Shown one piece after another: positions 8,394-17,824 of a stretch of DNA of 24,000 bases. Positions within the stretch are counted from its first letter, which is position 1; the number at the start of each line of letters is the position of its first letter. A program made the position numbers and the translations under genes. Where the stretch lies: positions 5,451 through 29,450 of the forward strand of contig SLKC01000042.1 in assembly GCA_007134775.1 (NCBI GenBank), read 5' to 3'. Origin of the DNA: Ectothiorhodospiraceae bacterium. GTDB taxonomy: Bacteria > Pseudomonadota > Gammaproteobacteria > XJ16 > Halofilaceae. Under the pieces are notes generated by a model. That model was not told the DNA's origin, searched no databases, and saw only the letters and a program-made list of their open reading frames with translations.

Positions 8394-8690
8394 TCAGCGT
8401 CGATGATGGTCCTTCAGCTTCTCCTTGTGCTTGATCACCTGGCGGTCGAGCTTGTCCGTGAGGGCGTCGATTGCGGCGTACATGTCATGCTCTTCGGCTT
8501 CGGCATGGATGCGGGTTCCGGTCAGATTGAGAATCGCCTCGGCCTGCTGACGGAGCTTTTCCACGCTGAGGATGACGTGGATGTCGGTGACATGATCGAA
8601 GTGCCGCTCGAGCTTGTTCATCTTTTCCTCCACATACTCCTTGAGCGGTTCGGTGACCTCAATGTGCTGCCCGGTGACCGAAAGATTCAT
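8394..8690 (-). CDS. hpf: Ribosome hibernation promoting factor (short HPF/YhbH type)
   Basis: 98 aa from the ATG at 8690, preceded by AGGAGA (track ORF over-extended to 8867). Sequence MNLSVTGQHIEVTEPLKEYVEEKMNKLERHF is typical of the sigma-54 modulation protein family. Confidence 0.92.
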   Translation of the reverse strand: MNLSVTGQHIEVTEPLKEYVEEKMNKLERHFDHVTDIHVILSVEKLRQQAEAILNLTGTRIHAEAEEHDMYAAIDALTDKLDRQVIKHKEKLKDHHRR

Positions 8691-8727
8691 CTCGTCGTCT
8701 CCTGTTGTTGATCGCGCCCGGTATGTC

Positions 8728-10170
8728 TTAGCGCAGGCGCTTGCGCTCATGTGACGGCGGTATCGCCATCGATTCCCGATATTTGGCCACGGTGCGGCGG
8801 GCCACGTTGATGCCCTGGTCGACCAGCAGCTGAGCAATCCGCTGATCGGAGAGCGGTCGGCTGCCATCCTCGTCCGCGATTAGCTTTTTCAGCATCGCAC
8901 GTATTGCTGTGGCGGAGCACTCGCCGCCGGTGACCGTGCCGACATGACTTGAGAAGAAATACTTGAACTCAAGGATGCCGCGCGGTGTGTGCATGTACTT
9001 TTCCATGGTAACGCGCGAAATGGTCGACTCGTGCATGTCGAGCTGTTCGGCGATATCGCGCAGCACCATCGGCTTCATCGCCTCCTCGCCGTGTTCGAGG
9101 AACGGGCGCTGGTTCTCGACGATCGCGGTCGCGACACGCAGTAGTGTTTCATTGCGACTCTGCACGCTCTTGATGAACCAGCGCGCCTCCTGCAAATGAT
9201 CCCGGATGAACGTGTTGCCCGGGCTGTGATCCCCGCGGCGGACTAGGCCGGAATAGCTCGGATTGATCCGCAGGCGCGGCGCGATCTCCGGATTGAGGTG
9301 GACGCGCCAGACGCCGCGCTCCTTGTAGACGAAGACGTCGGGGATAACGTATTGGGCCGTCGTGTTCGCCCACTGCGAGCCCGGATGTGGGTCCAGCGAC
9401 TGGATCAGCTCGATCGCGGTGGCCAGCGCGTTGTCGTCGAGCCGCAGCTTGCGCTTGAGGGTGCGGTAGTCGTGTGCGGCGAGCAGGTCGATGTGCCGGT
9501 CGATGATCCGGCGGGCGGCTTCCAGGCCCGGTGTTCCCGGGGGCGTCTGGGCCAGCTGCAGCTGCATGCATTCCCGGGGGTCGCGCGCGGCAACGCCGGT
9601 GGGCTCGAACGACTGCACGAGGTGCAGCACGGCCTCAATCTCATCGCTGTCCGCTTCGATGCCGTTGTGTAACAGCCCCGCGCGCATCTCCTCGAGGTCA
9701 TCGGCGAGATAACCGTCATCGCGAACCGCTTCAATCAGGGCCGTACCGATCACGCGGTCGCGTTCGGACAGCGCACTGAGGTGGAGTTGTTCGAGCAGTC
9801 GATCCTGCAGCGAATCCTCGCCGTCACTGCGCGCGGCATAGGGGTCACGGTCCTCACTGCCGTCATCGGCGACACCGTGGCCGCTCAGAGTCCAGGCGCT
9901 ACTGAAATCCTCTGCTTCCGTCTCCGGAGCGGTCGCTTGGACCGGGGCCTCGCCCGTGGCGGCGGCGCCGTCGCTGGCGGTCACAGGGGGATGCTCGAGC
10001 TCGCTCGTCTCGACGCTGTCGTCGGCCTCAAGCAGGGGATTGGCTTCCAGCGTCTCGCGGATCTCGGTTTGGAGGTCGAGCGAGGAGAGCTGCAGCAGCC
10101 GGATGGCCTGCTGTAGCTGCGGAGTCATGGTCAGTTGCTGACCCAGGCGAAGCTGGAGGGATTGCTTCAT
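8728..10170 (-). CDS. rpoN: RNA polymerase sigma-54 factor
   Basis: 480 aa. Region I is MKQSLQLRLGQQLTMTPQLQQAIRLLQLSSLDL, followed by a long acidic region II. The C-terminal RpoN box is ARRTVAKYRESMAIP. Confidence 0.97.
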   Translation of the reverse strand: MKQSLQLRLGQQLTMTPQLQQAIRLLQLSSLDLQTEIRETLEANPLLEADDSVETSELEHPPVTASDGAAATGEAPVQATAPETEAEDFSSAWTLSGHGVADDGSEDRDPYAARSDGEDSLQDRLLEQLHLSALSERDRVIGTALIEAVRDDGYLADDLEEMRAGLLHNGIEADSDEIEAVLHLVQSFEPTGVAARDPRECMQLQLAQTPPGTPGLEAARRIIDRHIDLLAAHDYRTLKRKLRLDDNALATAIELIQSLDPHPGSQWANTTAQYVIPDVFVYKERGVWRVHLNPEIAPRLRINPSYSGLVRRGDHSPGNTFIRDHLQEARWFIKSVQSRNETLLRVATAIVENQRPFLEHGEEAMKPMVLRDIAEQLDMHESTISRVTMEKYMHTPRGILEFKYFFSSHVGTVTGGECSATAIRAMLKKLIADEDGSRPLSDQRIAQLLVDQGINVARRTVAKYRESMAIPPSHERKRLR

Positions 10171-10296
10171 GGTGTCGCGACTGTGATGACCCGGTTCATG
10201 GCCTCATGGTACTGCATTTGCATGGCGACTTGCAGAGTTGGCGAGGGGCCTGCCTCGCCCCCCGTTCGGGGCCCGGCTCCCGGTGGCGTGCGCGCC

Positions 10297-11014
<718 letters not shown>

Positions 11015-11034
<20 letters not shown>

Positions 11035-11575
11035 CCGCCTCGGGGGCGTCTTCCTCCTCTTCCAGCGATTGCGGGTCGATGGTCATGCGTACCCGCTCGT
11101 CGTCATTGCGATCCGCTTCCAGGCGTCCGGTGTCCGGGGCGTAGACGATCCGCCCCGCGCTGAAGCGGTCGCGACCCTGTTCGATCACTGCGCTGCCGCG
11201 CAGGGTAACGCGGGGGAGGCCGGGCTCGTAGACCACGGTGCGCGCGCGGGCCCGGATGGGTTCCCCTTCGGTCGAGCGGTGCTCGAGCCGGGCCGGTTCG
11301 CCGGTGGCCTCGACGCGCGCAAGCTCGCCTTCCGGGGCGTCGACCTCGAGTCGATCACCGGTGAGGCGCAGATCGCCCTGGATGAGCTCGACATTGCCGA
11401 AATAGCGCGATATCCCTCCGGGGTGGTCGATCTCCGCGCGGTCCGCCTCGATGGTCGCGGGTTCCGCAGGGGAGAAGGCGACCGCCATACCGGGCAGGCT
11501 GACGGCGAGGCCGAGCGCGATCAGGGGCCAGGCGCGCATGCTCCGGGCGTTACCGTGAACGTACTGCCGGCTCAT
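11015..11575 (-). CDS. lptA: LPS transport periplasmic protein LptA (OstA-like), with an acidic C-terminal extension
   Basis: The track ORF 11015..11893 is over-extended. The ATG at 11575 (preceded by AGGGGG) gives signal peptide ...[21 protein letters not shown]. The OstA-like repeats include [37 protein letters not shown]. The alternative ATG at 11539 has no good SD spacing. The start overlaps the lptC 3' end by 26 nt. Confidence 0.85.
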
Positions 11576-12125
11576 ACTGCCCCCTGACGTGGTGATGGAG
11601 TTCGACCAGGCCGGTCTCGAAGGTCGCCGTGACCCCTTGGGCTTGGAGTCGTGTGCCGGCGCTGACGACATCCACGGCATCGGACGTCTCTGCGCGCCCG
11701 GCGGCGAGCAGCACGGCGAGGCTCGGCGTGCGCAGGACGAGTGGCTCCGGCGCATGCGGCTCGCGGGTTGCGACGACACGCCCGCGCAGTTCGATGTGCT
11801 CGCCCGCGGCGTCGACGCGACCGTGGTCACTGACCACGAGCCACACGGGCCCGTGCGGGTCACGGTAGTGGATCTCGGGGCGCTCGATGTCACTCTCGCC
11901 CCCGGCGGTGAACTGTGTCATGCGTTCACCGCGGATGACATGGCGAGGGGGGCCATCGCCATCCCAGGCGCTCGCCCGGAAGGCCTCGAAGTAGGCCGCC
12001 GGCGCCCGCGCTTCGGCCGGGTCGGCCACCTCGCGCGGATCGGGGTCGCGCAGGGTCTCCAGCCACCACAGCGCGCTGGCCGCCGCGGCGATGAACAGCA
12101 GACTCAGCAGGGGACCGATCCGCAT
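11550..12125 (-). CDS. lptC: LPS export system inner-membrane anchored protein LptC
   Basis: 191 aa. A single N-terminal TM helix MRIGPLLSLLFIAAAASALWWL is followed by a beta-rich periplasmic domain. Sits in the conserved position between kdsC and lptA. Confidence 0.8.
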   Translation of the reverse strand: MRIGPLLSLLFIAAAASALWWLETLRDPDPREVADPAEARAPAAYFEAFRASAWDGDGPPRHVIRGERMTQFTAGGESDIERPEIHYRDPHGPVWLVVSDHGRVDAAGEHIELRGRVVATREPHAPEPLVLRTPSLAVLLAAGRAETSDAVDVVSAGTRLQAQGVTATFETGLVELHHHVRGQYEPAVRSR

Positions 12126-12131
12126 GTCGCG

Positions 12132-12683
12132 TTACTCCCGGGGGCGCAGGCGTTCGAGCTGGCCCTGCGCGGTGAGCAGTCCCTCGGCCACCTCGCGCGC
12201 GGCGCCGGCGCCACCGCCGGCCTGAGTGATCCAGTCGGCGTGTGCGCGGGTCCAGGGGCTGGCATCGGCGACGGCGACGGCGAGGCCGGCGCGAGTGAGG
12301 GCGGGTACGTCGACATCGTCGTCGCCGACATAGGCCGTGGCAGCGGCGCTGTGCCCGAGGCGCGCAATGAGTTCGTCGAGCGCCGCGCCCTTGTCACGCC
12401 GCCCCTGCACGACGTGGCGGATGCCCAGCTCCTCCATGCGGCGGGCAACCAGGACGGAGGTGCGGCCGGTGATGATCGCGCGCTCGATGCCCGCCTCGGC
12501 GAGCAGGCGCAGGCCGTGGCCGTCGCGGGTGTGGAATGCCTTGTACTCGTAGCCGTCGTCGCCGAGCAGGATACGCCCATCGGTGAGCACGCCGTCGACA
12601 TCGAAGACGGCGAGCTGGATGCTCGCGGCCCGTTCGCGGACATCGCGCGGGAGCTGCGGTCCGGTGAACCCATTGAGCGGCAT
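12132..12683 (-). CDS. kdsC: 3-deoxy-D-manno-octulosonate 8-phosphate phosphatase (HAD superfamily)
   Basis: HAD motif I FDVDGVLTDG, then YKAFHTRDGHGLRLL, then a C-terminal GDDDVDVPAL motif. The track start at 12686 is a TTG. The ATG at 12683 overlaps the kdsD stop as TGATG. Confidence 0.9.
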   Translation of the reverse strand: MPLNGFTGPQLPRDVRERAASIQLAVFDVDGVLTDGRILLGDDGYEYKAFHTRDGHGLRLLAEAGIERAIITGRTSVLVARRMEELGIRHVVQGRRDKGAALDELIARLGHSAAATAYVGDDDVDVPALTRAGLAVAVADASPWTRAHADWITQAGGGAGAAREVAEGLLTAQGQLERLRPRE

Positions 12684-13708
12684 CAAACGACTCCGGCGCG
12701 TAGCAGCGTATGCATGTTGAGCGCACCGACGAGGCGCTCGGCCTCATCGACGACGAGCAACGCGTTGATCCGGCGCTCCTCCATCAGGGCGACCGCCTCC
12801 GCGGCAAGCAGCTCGGGGCCGACCGTCACGCTGCCCGGCGTCATGACCTCGGCGATGGGGGTGGCGTGGAGATCGAGTCGGCGGTCGAGCGTACGGCGCA
12901 GGTCGCCATCGGTGAAGATGCCGAGCACACGCTCGTCGGCGTCGACGACGGCGGTCATGCCCAACCCCTTGTGTGTCATCTCGACCAGCGCTTCGGGAAA
13001 GCGGGCGGTTGGTGCCACGCGGGGGAGTTGTTCGCCGGTGAGCATGATGTCGCCGACATGTAACAGCAGCCGGCGCCCCAGGCGTCCGCTCGGGTGTGAG
13101 CGGGCGAAGTCCTCGGCGGTAAAGCCGCGCTGCTCCAGCAGCGCGATCGCCAGGGCGTCGCCCATGGCCAGCGTGGCGGCTGTGCTCGCGGTTGGCGCCA
13201 GGCCCAGTGGACAGGCCTCGGCGGCGACGCTGATGTCGAGGTGGACCGTAGCCGCCTGCGCCAGTGTCGATTCGGGCCGGCCGGTCAGCGCGATCAGCGG
13301 GATTTGCTGGCGCTTGAGCATGGGCAGCAGGTTCAGGATCTCGTCGGTCTCGCCGGAGTTCGATAGCGCCAGGACGACATCGCCGGCGATCACCATCCCG
13401 AGGTCGCCGTGGCCCGCCTCGCCGGGGTGGACGAAGAACGCCGGCGTGCCCGTACTCGCCAGTGTGGCGGCGATCTTGCCGCCGATGTGGCCCGATTTGC
13501 CCATGCCGAGGACCACGATGCGGCCACGACAGGCGAGCATCAGCTCACAGGCGTCGACGAAGCGCTCGTCGATGCGCGTGAGCAGAGCGGTCACTGCGTC
13601 GGCCTCGGTGCGCACCACGGCGGTGCCGAGTTCGCGCAGACGCTCGCGTTCAGCGGCGGGTAATGGGTTTGCGTCAGTCAAGTTGGTCGGCGTCCGGTGG
13701 CGAGGCAC
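12683..13708 (-). CDS. kdsD: Arabinose-5-phosphate isomerase (SIS domain plus tandem CBS domains)
   Basis: Motifs VVLGMGKSGHIGGKIAATLASTGTPAFFVHPGEAGHGDLG and the C-terminal CBS pair. GTG start at 13708 is preceded by GAGG. The N-terminus is about 10 aa longer than the E. coli protein, so an internal TTG (about 13681) is possible. Confidence 0.93.
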   Translation of the reverse strand: MPRHRTPTNLTDANPLPAAERERLRELGTAVVRTEADAVTALLTRIDERFVDACELMLACRGRIVVLGMGKSGHIGGKIAATLASTGTPAFFVHPGEAGHGDLGMVIAGDVVLALSNSGETDEILNLLPMLKRQQIPLIALTGRPESTLAQAATVHLDISVAAEACPLGLAPTASTAATLAMGDALAIALLEQRGFTAEDFARSHPSGRLGRRLLLHVGDIMLTGEQLPRVAPTARFPEALVEMTHKGLGMTAVVDADERVLGIFTDGDLRRTLDRRLDLHATPIAEVMTPGSVTVGPELLAAEAVALMEERRINALLVVDEAERLVGALNMHTLLRAGVV

Positions 13709-13752
13709 GCCGCGGCCTCGCGCTGGCTGCGGGCATGATGGGTCGAATCGGC

Positions 13753-13758
13753 ATTATA
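13753..13758 (-). promoter_or_regulatory. Candidate internal promoter -10 box upstream of kdsD
   Basis: The reverse strand reads a perfect TATAAT in the 57-bp yrbG-kdsD spacer, 45 nt upstream of the kdsD GTG. The -35, which would lie inside the yrbG 3' end, is poor (TGTTCA with 18-nt spacing). Confidence 0.3.
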
Positions 13759-13765
13759 GGCCGGC

Positions 13766-14746
13766 TCACAGTGTAGTGAACAGCAGCGCCAGGTAGCCGC
13801 CGAAGGCGAGCAGGAGGATGGCGCCTTCAGCGCGATTGATACCGCCGGCGTCGCCGGGGCGGTGGGCCAGCATCGCAATCAGCGCGATTGTGAGCAGGGC
13901 CATGACCGGCAGGTCGCGTGTCAGGACTTCACCGTCGAGCGCGAGGGGGTGGATGACCGCGGGCAAGCCGAGGACAGCCAGGGTGTTGAACAGGTTCGAG
14001 CCGATGATGTTGCCCAGCAACAGATCCGGCTCGCGGCGCAGCGCACTGGCTATGCCCGTGGCGAGTTCGGGCAGGCTGGTGCCAACGGCGATGATCGTCA
14101 GCCCGATGACCAGTTCGCTCACCCCGAGCGTGGCCGCGATCGAGGCCGCTCCCCAGACCACAGCGTAGGAACCGGCCAACAACACCATGAGCCCCGCGAT
14201 CAGCCAGAATAGCCCGAGCGAGCAGCGCAGTTGCGGCGGGCCGTGGCGCACGATCTCGCGCGCCATCGGGTCCTCCGGATCGCGCTGGCGCCGCACCTGA
14301 TGCACCAGTATGCCTGTAGTCGCGACCAGCGCCAGCAACAGCAGCACGCCCTCGATGCGCCCCAGCGTGCCGTCGAGCATGAGCAGGCCGGCGAGCGCGG
14401 TGGCGGCGAACAGCAGGGGCAGTTCCTGACGCAGTAGGGAGGAACCGCTGCGCAGCGGCCACAGTAAGGCCGTAAGTCCCAGTACCAGGGCGATGTTGGC
14501 GATGTTCGAGCCCAGTGCATTACCGATGCCCAGCGCCGGTGCCCCCTCGAGGGCCGCGAGTCCCGCCACGAGCATCTCGGGCGCCGAGGTGCCGAAGCCA
14601 ACGATGACGAGGCCGATAATCAGCGGCGACAGGCCAAAGATCCGCGCAGTCGCGGACGCGCCCAGCACGAAGCGGTCCGCGCCCCAGACGAGGACGGCCA
14701 GGCCGAGGACGACCGCGGAGACCGCTAGCAGCAGCGTCGCATCCAT
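13766..14746 (-). CDS. yrbG: Calcium/sodium antiporter, CaCA family (YrbG-like)
   Basis: 326 aa polytopic protein with the two alpha-repeat motifs GFGTSAPEMLV and AVGTSLPELAT. Confidence 0.9.
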   Translation of the reverse strand: MDATLLLAVSAVVLGLAVLVWGADRFVLGASATARIFGLSPLIIGLVIVGFGTSAPEMLVAGLAALEGAPALGIGNALGSNIANIALVLGLTALLWPLRSGSSLLRQELPLLFAATALAGLLMLDGTLGRIEGVLLLLALVATTGILVHQVRRQRDPEDPMAREIVRHGPPQLRCSLGLFWLIAGLMVLLAGSYAVVWGAASIAATLGVSELVIGLTIIAVGTSLPELATGIASALRREPDLLLGNIIGSNLFNTLAVLGLPAVIHPLALDGEVLTRDLPVMALLTIALIAMLAHRPGDAGGINRAEGAILLLAFGGYLALLFTTL

Positions 14747-14751
14747 GACAG

Positions 14752-15573
14752 TCAGTCGAACAGGTCTTCGTCGTCCTCGTCGTCGAAGGGATCGAAATCG
14801 CCGTCCTCGTAGCCGGGTACCGCGCCCGGCGGCGGGTCGCCGTGATGGACGCGGTCGGCACGGCGCGCGCTCCAGGCATCGCGCATGAACGCGTAGGAGT
14901 CTGTCGCAGCGGTTTCGAACATCAAGCCGGCACCGAGCAGCGAGGCGCGGGTGTCGATGGCATCGACCAGGGTGAGTTGGTAGCGAAGGCTGACGTCGTC
15001 GATCTGGTACAGCGGGTTGAGGCGGCCGTCGACGTAGCGCGCGGGGGCATCGCGGAAGTTGCTCGGTCCGAGAAAGGGGAGCACGAGGTAGGGTCCGGCG
15101 GGGGTGCCGTAGCGGGCCAGGGTCTGGCCGAAATCGGCCCGGCGTTTCGGCTGCCCCGTCGCCTCGGCGACATCGAAGACGCCAAAAACACCCACCGTGG
15201 TATTGAGTATCAGCCGGTAGAAGGTCGCCACCGCATCGCCGCCGCGCAGTTGCGCGCTCGTGTTGACCAGTACGACGACATCGTTGAGGTTGCTGAAGAA
15301 GTTACTCACGCCGCGGTTGACCGGGCGTGGCGTGTATTCGTCATAGGCCTCGGCGACCGGTCGCGCGATGGTGCGGTCGACGGTCTCGTTGAAGGTGTGG
15401 ATTCGCCGATTGACCGGCTCCAGTGGATCGCCCGGGGTACTCGCGCAGCCCGTGAGTGCGGCGATGGCGGCAAGCAGGCCCGCGACCAGCAGAAGTCGGC
15501 AGTTGCTGCGTACAGGGCGTGCGCGGCTCGGGAAGGGGCCCAAGATGTTTTCTCCCTCTCTCGGATGCGGCAT
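14752..15573 (-). CDS. mlaA: Outer-membrane lipoprotein MlaA (VacJ family), with an acidic C-terminal tail
   Basis: Lipobox LTGC, then PLEPVNRRIHTFNETVDRTIARPVAEAY...VNRGVSNFFSNLND...ILNTTVGVFGVFDVA. The start is uncertain. The track uses a TTG at 15582 and the first ATG is at 15573. A TTG at 15543 sits 8 nt after GGGAGA and would give a canonical lipoprotein signal peptide. Confidence 0.85.
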   Translation of the reverse strand: MPHPREGENILGPFPSRARPVRSNCRLLLVAGLLAAIAALTGCASTPGDPLEPVNRRIHTFNETVDRTIARPVAEAYDEYTPRPVNRGVSNFFSNLNDVVVLVNTSAQLRGGDAVATFYRLILNTTVGVFGVFDVAEATGQPKRRADFGQTLARYGTPAGPYLVLPFLGPSNFRDAPARYVDGRLNPLYQIDDVSLRYQLTLVDAIDTRASLLGAGLMFETAATDSYAFMRDAWSARRADRVHHGDPPPGAVPGYEDGDFDPFDDEDDEDLFD

Positions 15574-15658
15574 CGTAGCCAATCACGGTGACCGCTGACC
15601 AGCGTGGGCGTGCGCGAGCACGATGACCGTCGCGGCCGAACCCGCCCGGCCATGGCCG

Positions 15659-15667
15659 TGCTAGACT
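15659..15667 (+). promoter_or_regulatory. Candidate extended -10 promoter for mlaFEDCB
   Basis: TGCTAGACT lies in the 119-bp divergent mlaA/mlaF spacer, 26 nt upstream of the mlaF ATG. Confidence 0.3.
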
Positions 15668-15692
15668 CCAGGCTTGCCGCTGATCAAACGGT

Positions 15693-16532
15693 ATGCGTGC
15701 CTTGTCTTCGTCGTCCCAAGCTGCAGCAGACCCGCTCATCCGTATTCGCCGACTGGCCTTCACACACGGTGATCGTCCGGTCTTCGATGGCGTCGACATG
15801 GATATCCCGCGCAATGGGGTGACGGCGATCATGGGCCCGAGCGGCAGCGGCAAGACGACACTGCTGCGCCTGATCACGGGGCAGCTCACGCCCGACAACG
15901 GCCGAATCGAGGTCGATGGCCGCAACGTCCACGCGCTCGGTACCGACGACCTGTACGCGCTGCGCAAGCGCATGGGCATGCTCTTCCAGTCGGGTGCGCT
16001 GCTCACCGACCTCTCCGTCTACGAAAACGTTGCCTTCCCGTTGCGCGAGCATACCCGGCTACCCGAGGCGCTGATCCGCCAGCTCGTGTTGCTGCGCCTG
16101 GAATCGGTGGGGCTGCGCACGGCGCGCACGCTGATGCCGGCCGAGCTCTCCGGCGGCATGGCACGGCGGGTCGCCCTGGCCCGTGCACTCGTCCTCGAAC
16201 CCGAGATGATGCTCTACGACGAACCCTTCACGGGGCAGGATCCGATTACGATGGGGGTTCTCGTCACGCTCATCCGCGCCGTTAACGAGACCCTCGGGCT
16301 TACCAGCATCCTCGTGTCGCACGATGTCGCCGAAACGATGTCGATTGCCGACCATGTTTATCTGATTGCCGGCGGCGAGGTCATCGCCCGGGGCTCGCCA
16401 GCGGAGCTGCAGGCGACGCGCTCCCCCTGGGTCCGGCAGTTCCTCGATGCCCGCGCGGATGGTCCCGTGCCCTTCCATCAGCCCGGCCCCGCCATTGACG
16501 AAGAGCTGCTCGGGGCCGCGCGCCGTGACTGA
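15693..16532 (+). CDS. mlaF: Phospholipid ABC transporter ATP-binding protein MlaF
   Basis: Walker [10 protein letters not shown], signature [15 protein letters not shown], Walker [12 protein letters not shown]. Confidence 0.93.
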   Translation: MRALSSSSQAAADPLIRIRRLAFTHGDRPVFDGVDMDIPRNGVTAIMGPSGSGKTTLLRLITGQLTPDNGRIEVDGRNVHALGTDDLYALRKRMGMLFQSGALLTDLSVYENVAFPLREHTRLPEALIRQLVLLRLESVGLRTARTLMPAELSGGMARRVALARALVLEPEMMLYDEPFTGQDPITMGVLVTLIRAVNETLGLTSILVSHDVAETMSIADHVYLIAGGEVIARGSPAELQATRSPWVRQFLDARADGPVPFHQPGPAIDEELLGAARRD

Positions 16533-17304
16533 GCCCTTCGTTGCGCTGGGACGCTGGTTGCTCGCCGCGCTGGCGCGGCTCGGGCGGGCCTCGCTGTTCG
16601 GAGGACGGCTTTGTGCCCGCCTGGGCACGGCCTGTCGCCGTTTCGGGTTGACCCTGGAGCAGCTCTACGCCATCGGGGTTCGCACGGTGATGATCGTTGT
16701 CGTCGCCGGTGCCTTCGTCGGCATGGTGCTCGCGCTGCAGGGCTACTATACGCTGGTCAACTTCGGGGCGGAGAGTGCGCTCGGTGTGCTGGTTGCCCTG
16801 TCGCTCGTGCGCGAGCTTGGTCCTGTTGTGGCAGCGCTGCTCTTTGCCGGGCGCGCCGGCTCCGCCCTGACCGCGGAGGTGGGTCTGATGAAGTCGACCG
16901 ACCAGCTGGCGGCACTCGAGATGATGGCCGTCGATCCCTATCGACGGGTGCTGGCGCCGCGTTTCGTGGCGGGCTTCATCTCGCTGCCGCTCCTCGCCAT
17001 CCTGTTCTCCGCGATCGGTGTCTACGGGGCCTGGCTGGTTGGCGTGCAGATGCTCGGCATCGACGCGGGCGCCTTCTGGGGCCAGATGCAGGACAGTGTC
17101 GATTTCCATGCCGATGTCCTCAATGGATTGGTCAAAGCAGTGGTCTTCGGTGCGGTCGTCACTTGGATCGCCCTTTACGAAGGCCATGACTGCGTCCCGA
17201 CACCCGCCGGCGTGAGCCGGGCGACCACGCGCACGGTGGTGCATGGTTCGCTTGCCGTGCTCGGGCTCGATTTCCTCCTCACTGCAATGATGTACGGAGG
17301 CTGA
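16525..17304 (+). CDS. mlaE: Phospholipid ABC transporter permease MlaE
   Basis: The track ORF 16366..17304 is over-extended through mlaF. An in-frame GTG at 16525 gives 259 aa (the E. coli protein is about 260 aa) and overlaps the mlaF stop by 8 nt. Conserved motif [41 protein letters not shown]. Confidence 0.92.
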   Translation: MTEPFVALGRWLLAALARLGRASLFGGRLCARLGTACRRFGLTLEQLYAIGVRTVMIVVVAGAFVGMVLALQGYYTLVNFGAESALGVLVALSLVRELGPVVAALLFAGRAGSALTAEVGLMKSTDQLAALEMMAVDPYRRVLAPRFVAGFISLPLLAILFSAIGVYGAWLVGVQMLGIDAGAFWGQMQDSVDFHADVLNGLVKAVVFGAVVTWIALYEGHDCVPTPAGVSRATTRTVVHGSLAVLGLDFLLTAMMYGG

Positions 17305-17305
17305 C

Positions 17306-17764
17306 ATGGTGCATCGAACGACAGAGCTGACGGTCGGCCTGTTCGTCGCCGCGGGACTCGCCGCACTGGTCGTGCTGGCCCTGCAGGTCAGCGGCCTGGC
17401 GACACTGGGCGCGCCGCGCGGTTACCAGGTGACTGCCCACTTCAACGAGATCGGCGGTTTGCGAGAGCGCGCCCCGGTCAAGGCGGCCGGGGTGACCGTG
17501 GGCCGGGTCACGTCCATCGAGTACGATACGCGCGGCTACCGCGCGCGGGTGACCCTGACCCTGTCATCCGAATACGACAACTTCCCGCGCGATACCATCG
17601 CGAGCATCCATACATCGGGACTGCTCGGCGAGCAGTTCGTCAGCCTTGATCCGGGAGGTGATATGGATTATCTCGGCGATGGTGACCGCGTAGAATACAC
17701 CGAGTCCGCCGTGGTGCTGGAGCGTCTGATCGGCCAGTTCATGTTCCAGCAGGGACGCGACTGA
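17306..17764 (+). CDS. mlaD: Outer membrane lipid asymmetry maintenance protein MlaD (MCE domain)
   Basis: 152 aa. An N-terminal TM anchor is followed by an MCE domain (GLRERAPVKAAGVTVGRVTSI). SD ACGGAGG. The ATG lies 1 nt after the mlaE stop. Confidence 0.9.
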   Translation: MVHRTTELTVGLFVAAGLAALVVLALQVSGLATLGAPRGYQVTAHFNEIGGLRERAPVKAAGVTVGRVTSIEYDTRGYRARVTLTLSSEYDNFPRDTIASIHTSGLLGEQFVSLDPGGDMDYLGDGDRVEYTESAVVLERLIGQFMFQQGRD

Positions 17765-17824
17765 GCTCGGGGAACCCCGGGCCGTCAGTGTTGCCAGATG
17801 GTCAGATCCACAGGAGGTAATGCC

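Noticed and set aside
11589-13796. 735-aa plus-strand ORF, the longest in the track
   Set aside because: It is antisense to lptC, kdsC and kdsD, all of which have clear family motifs. Its composition is Arg/Ala/Ser/Pro junk and it crosses gene boundaries without regard to them. It is a shadow ORF, not a hidden gene.
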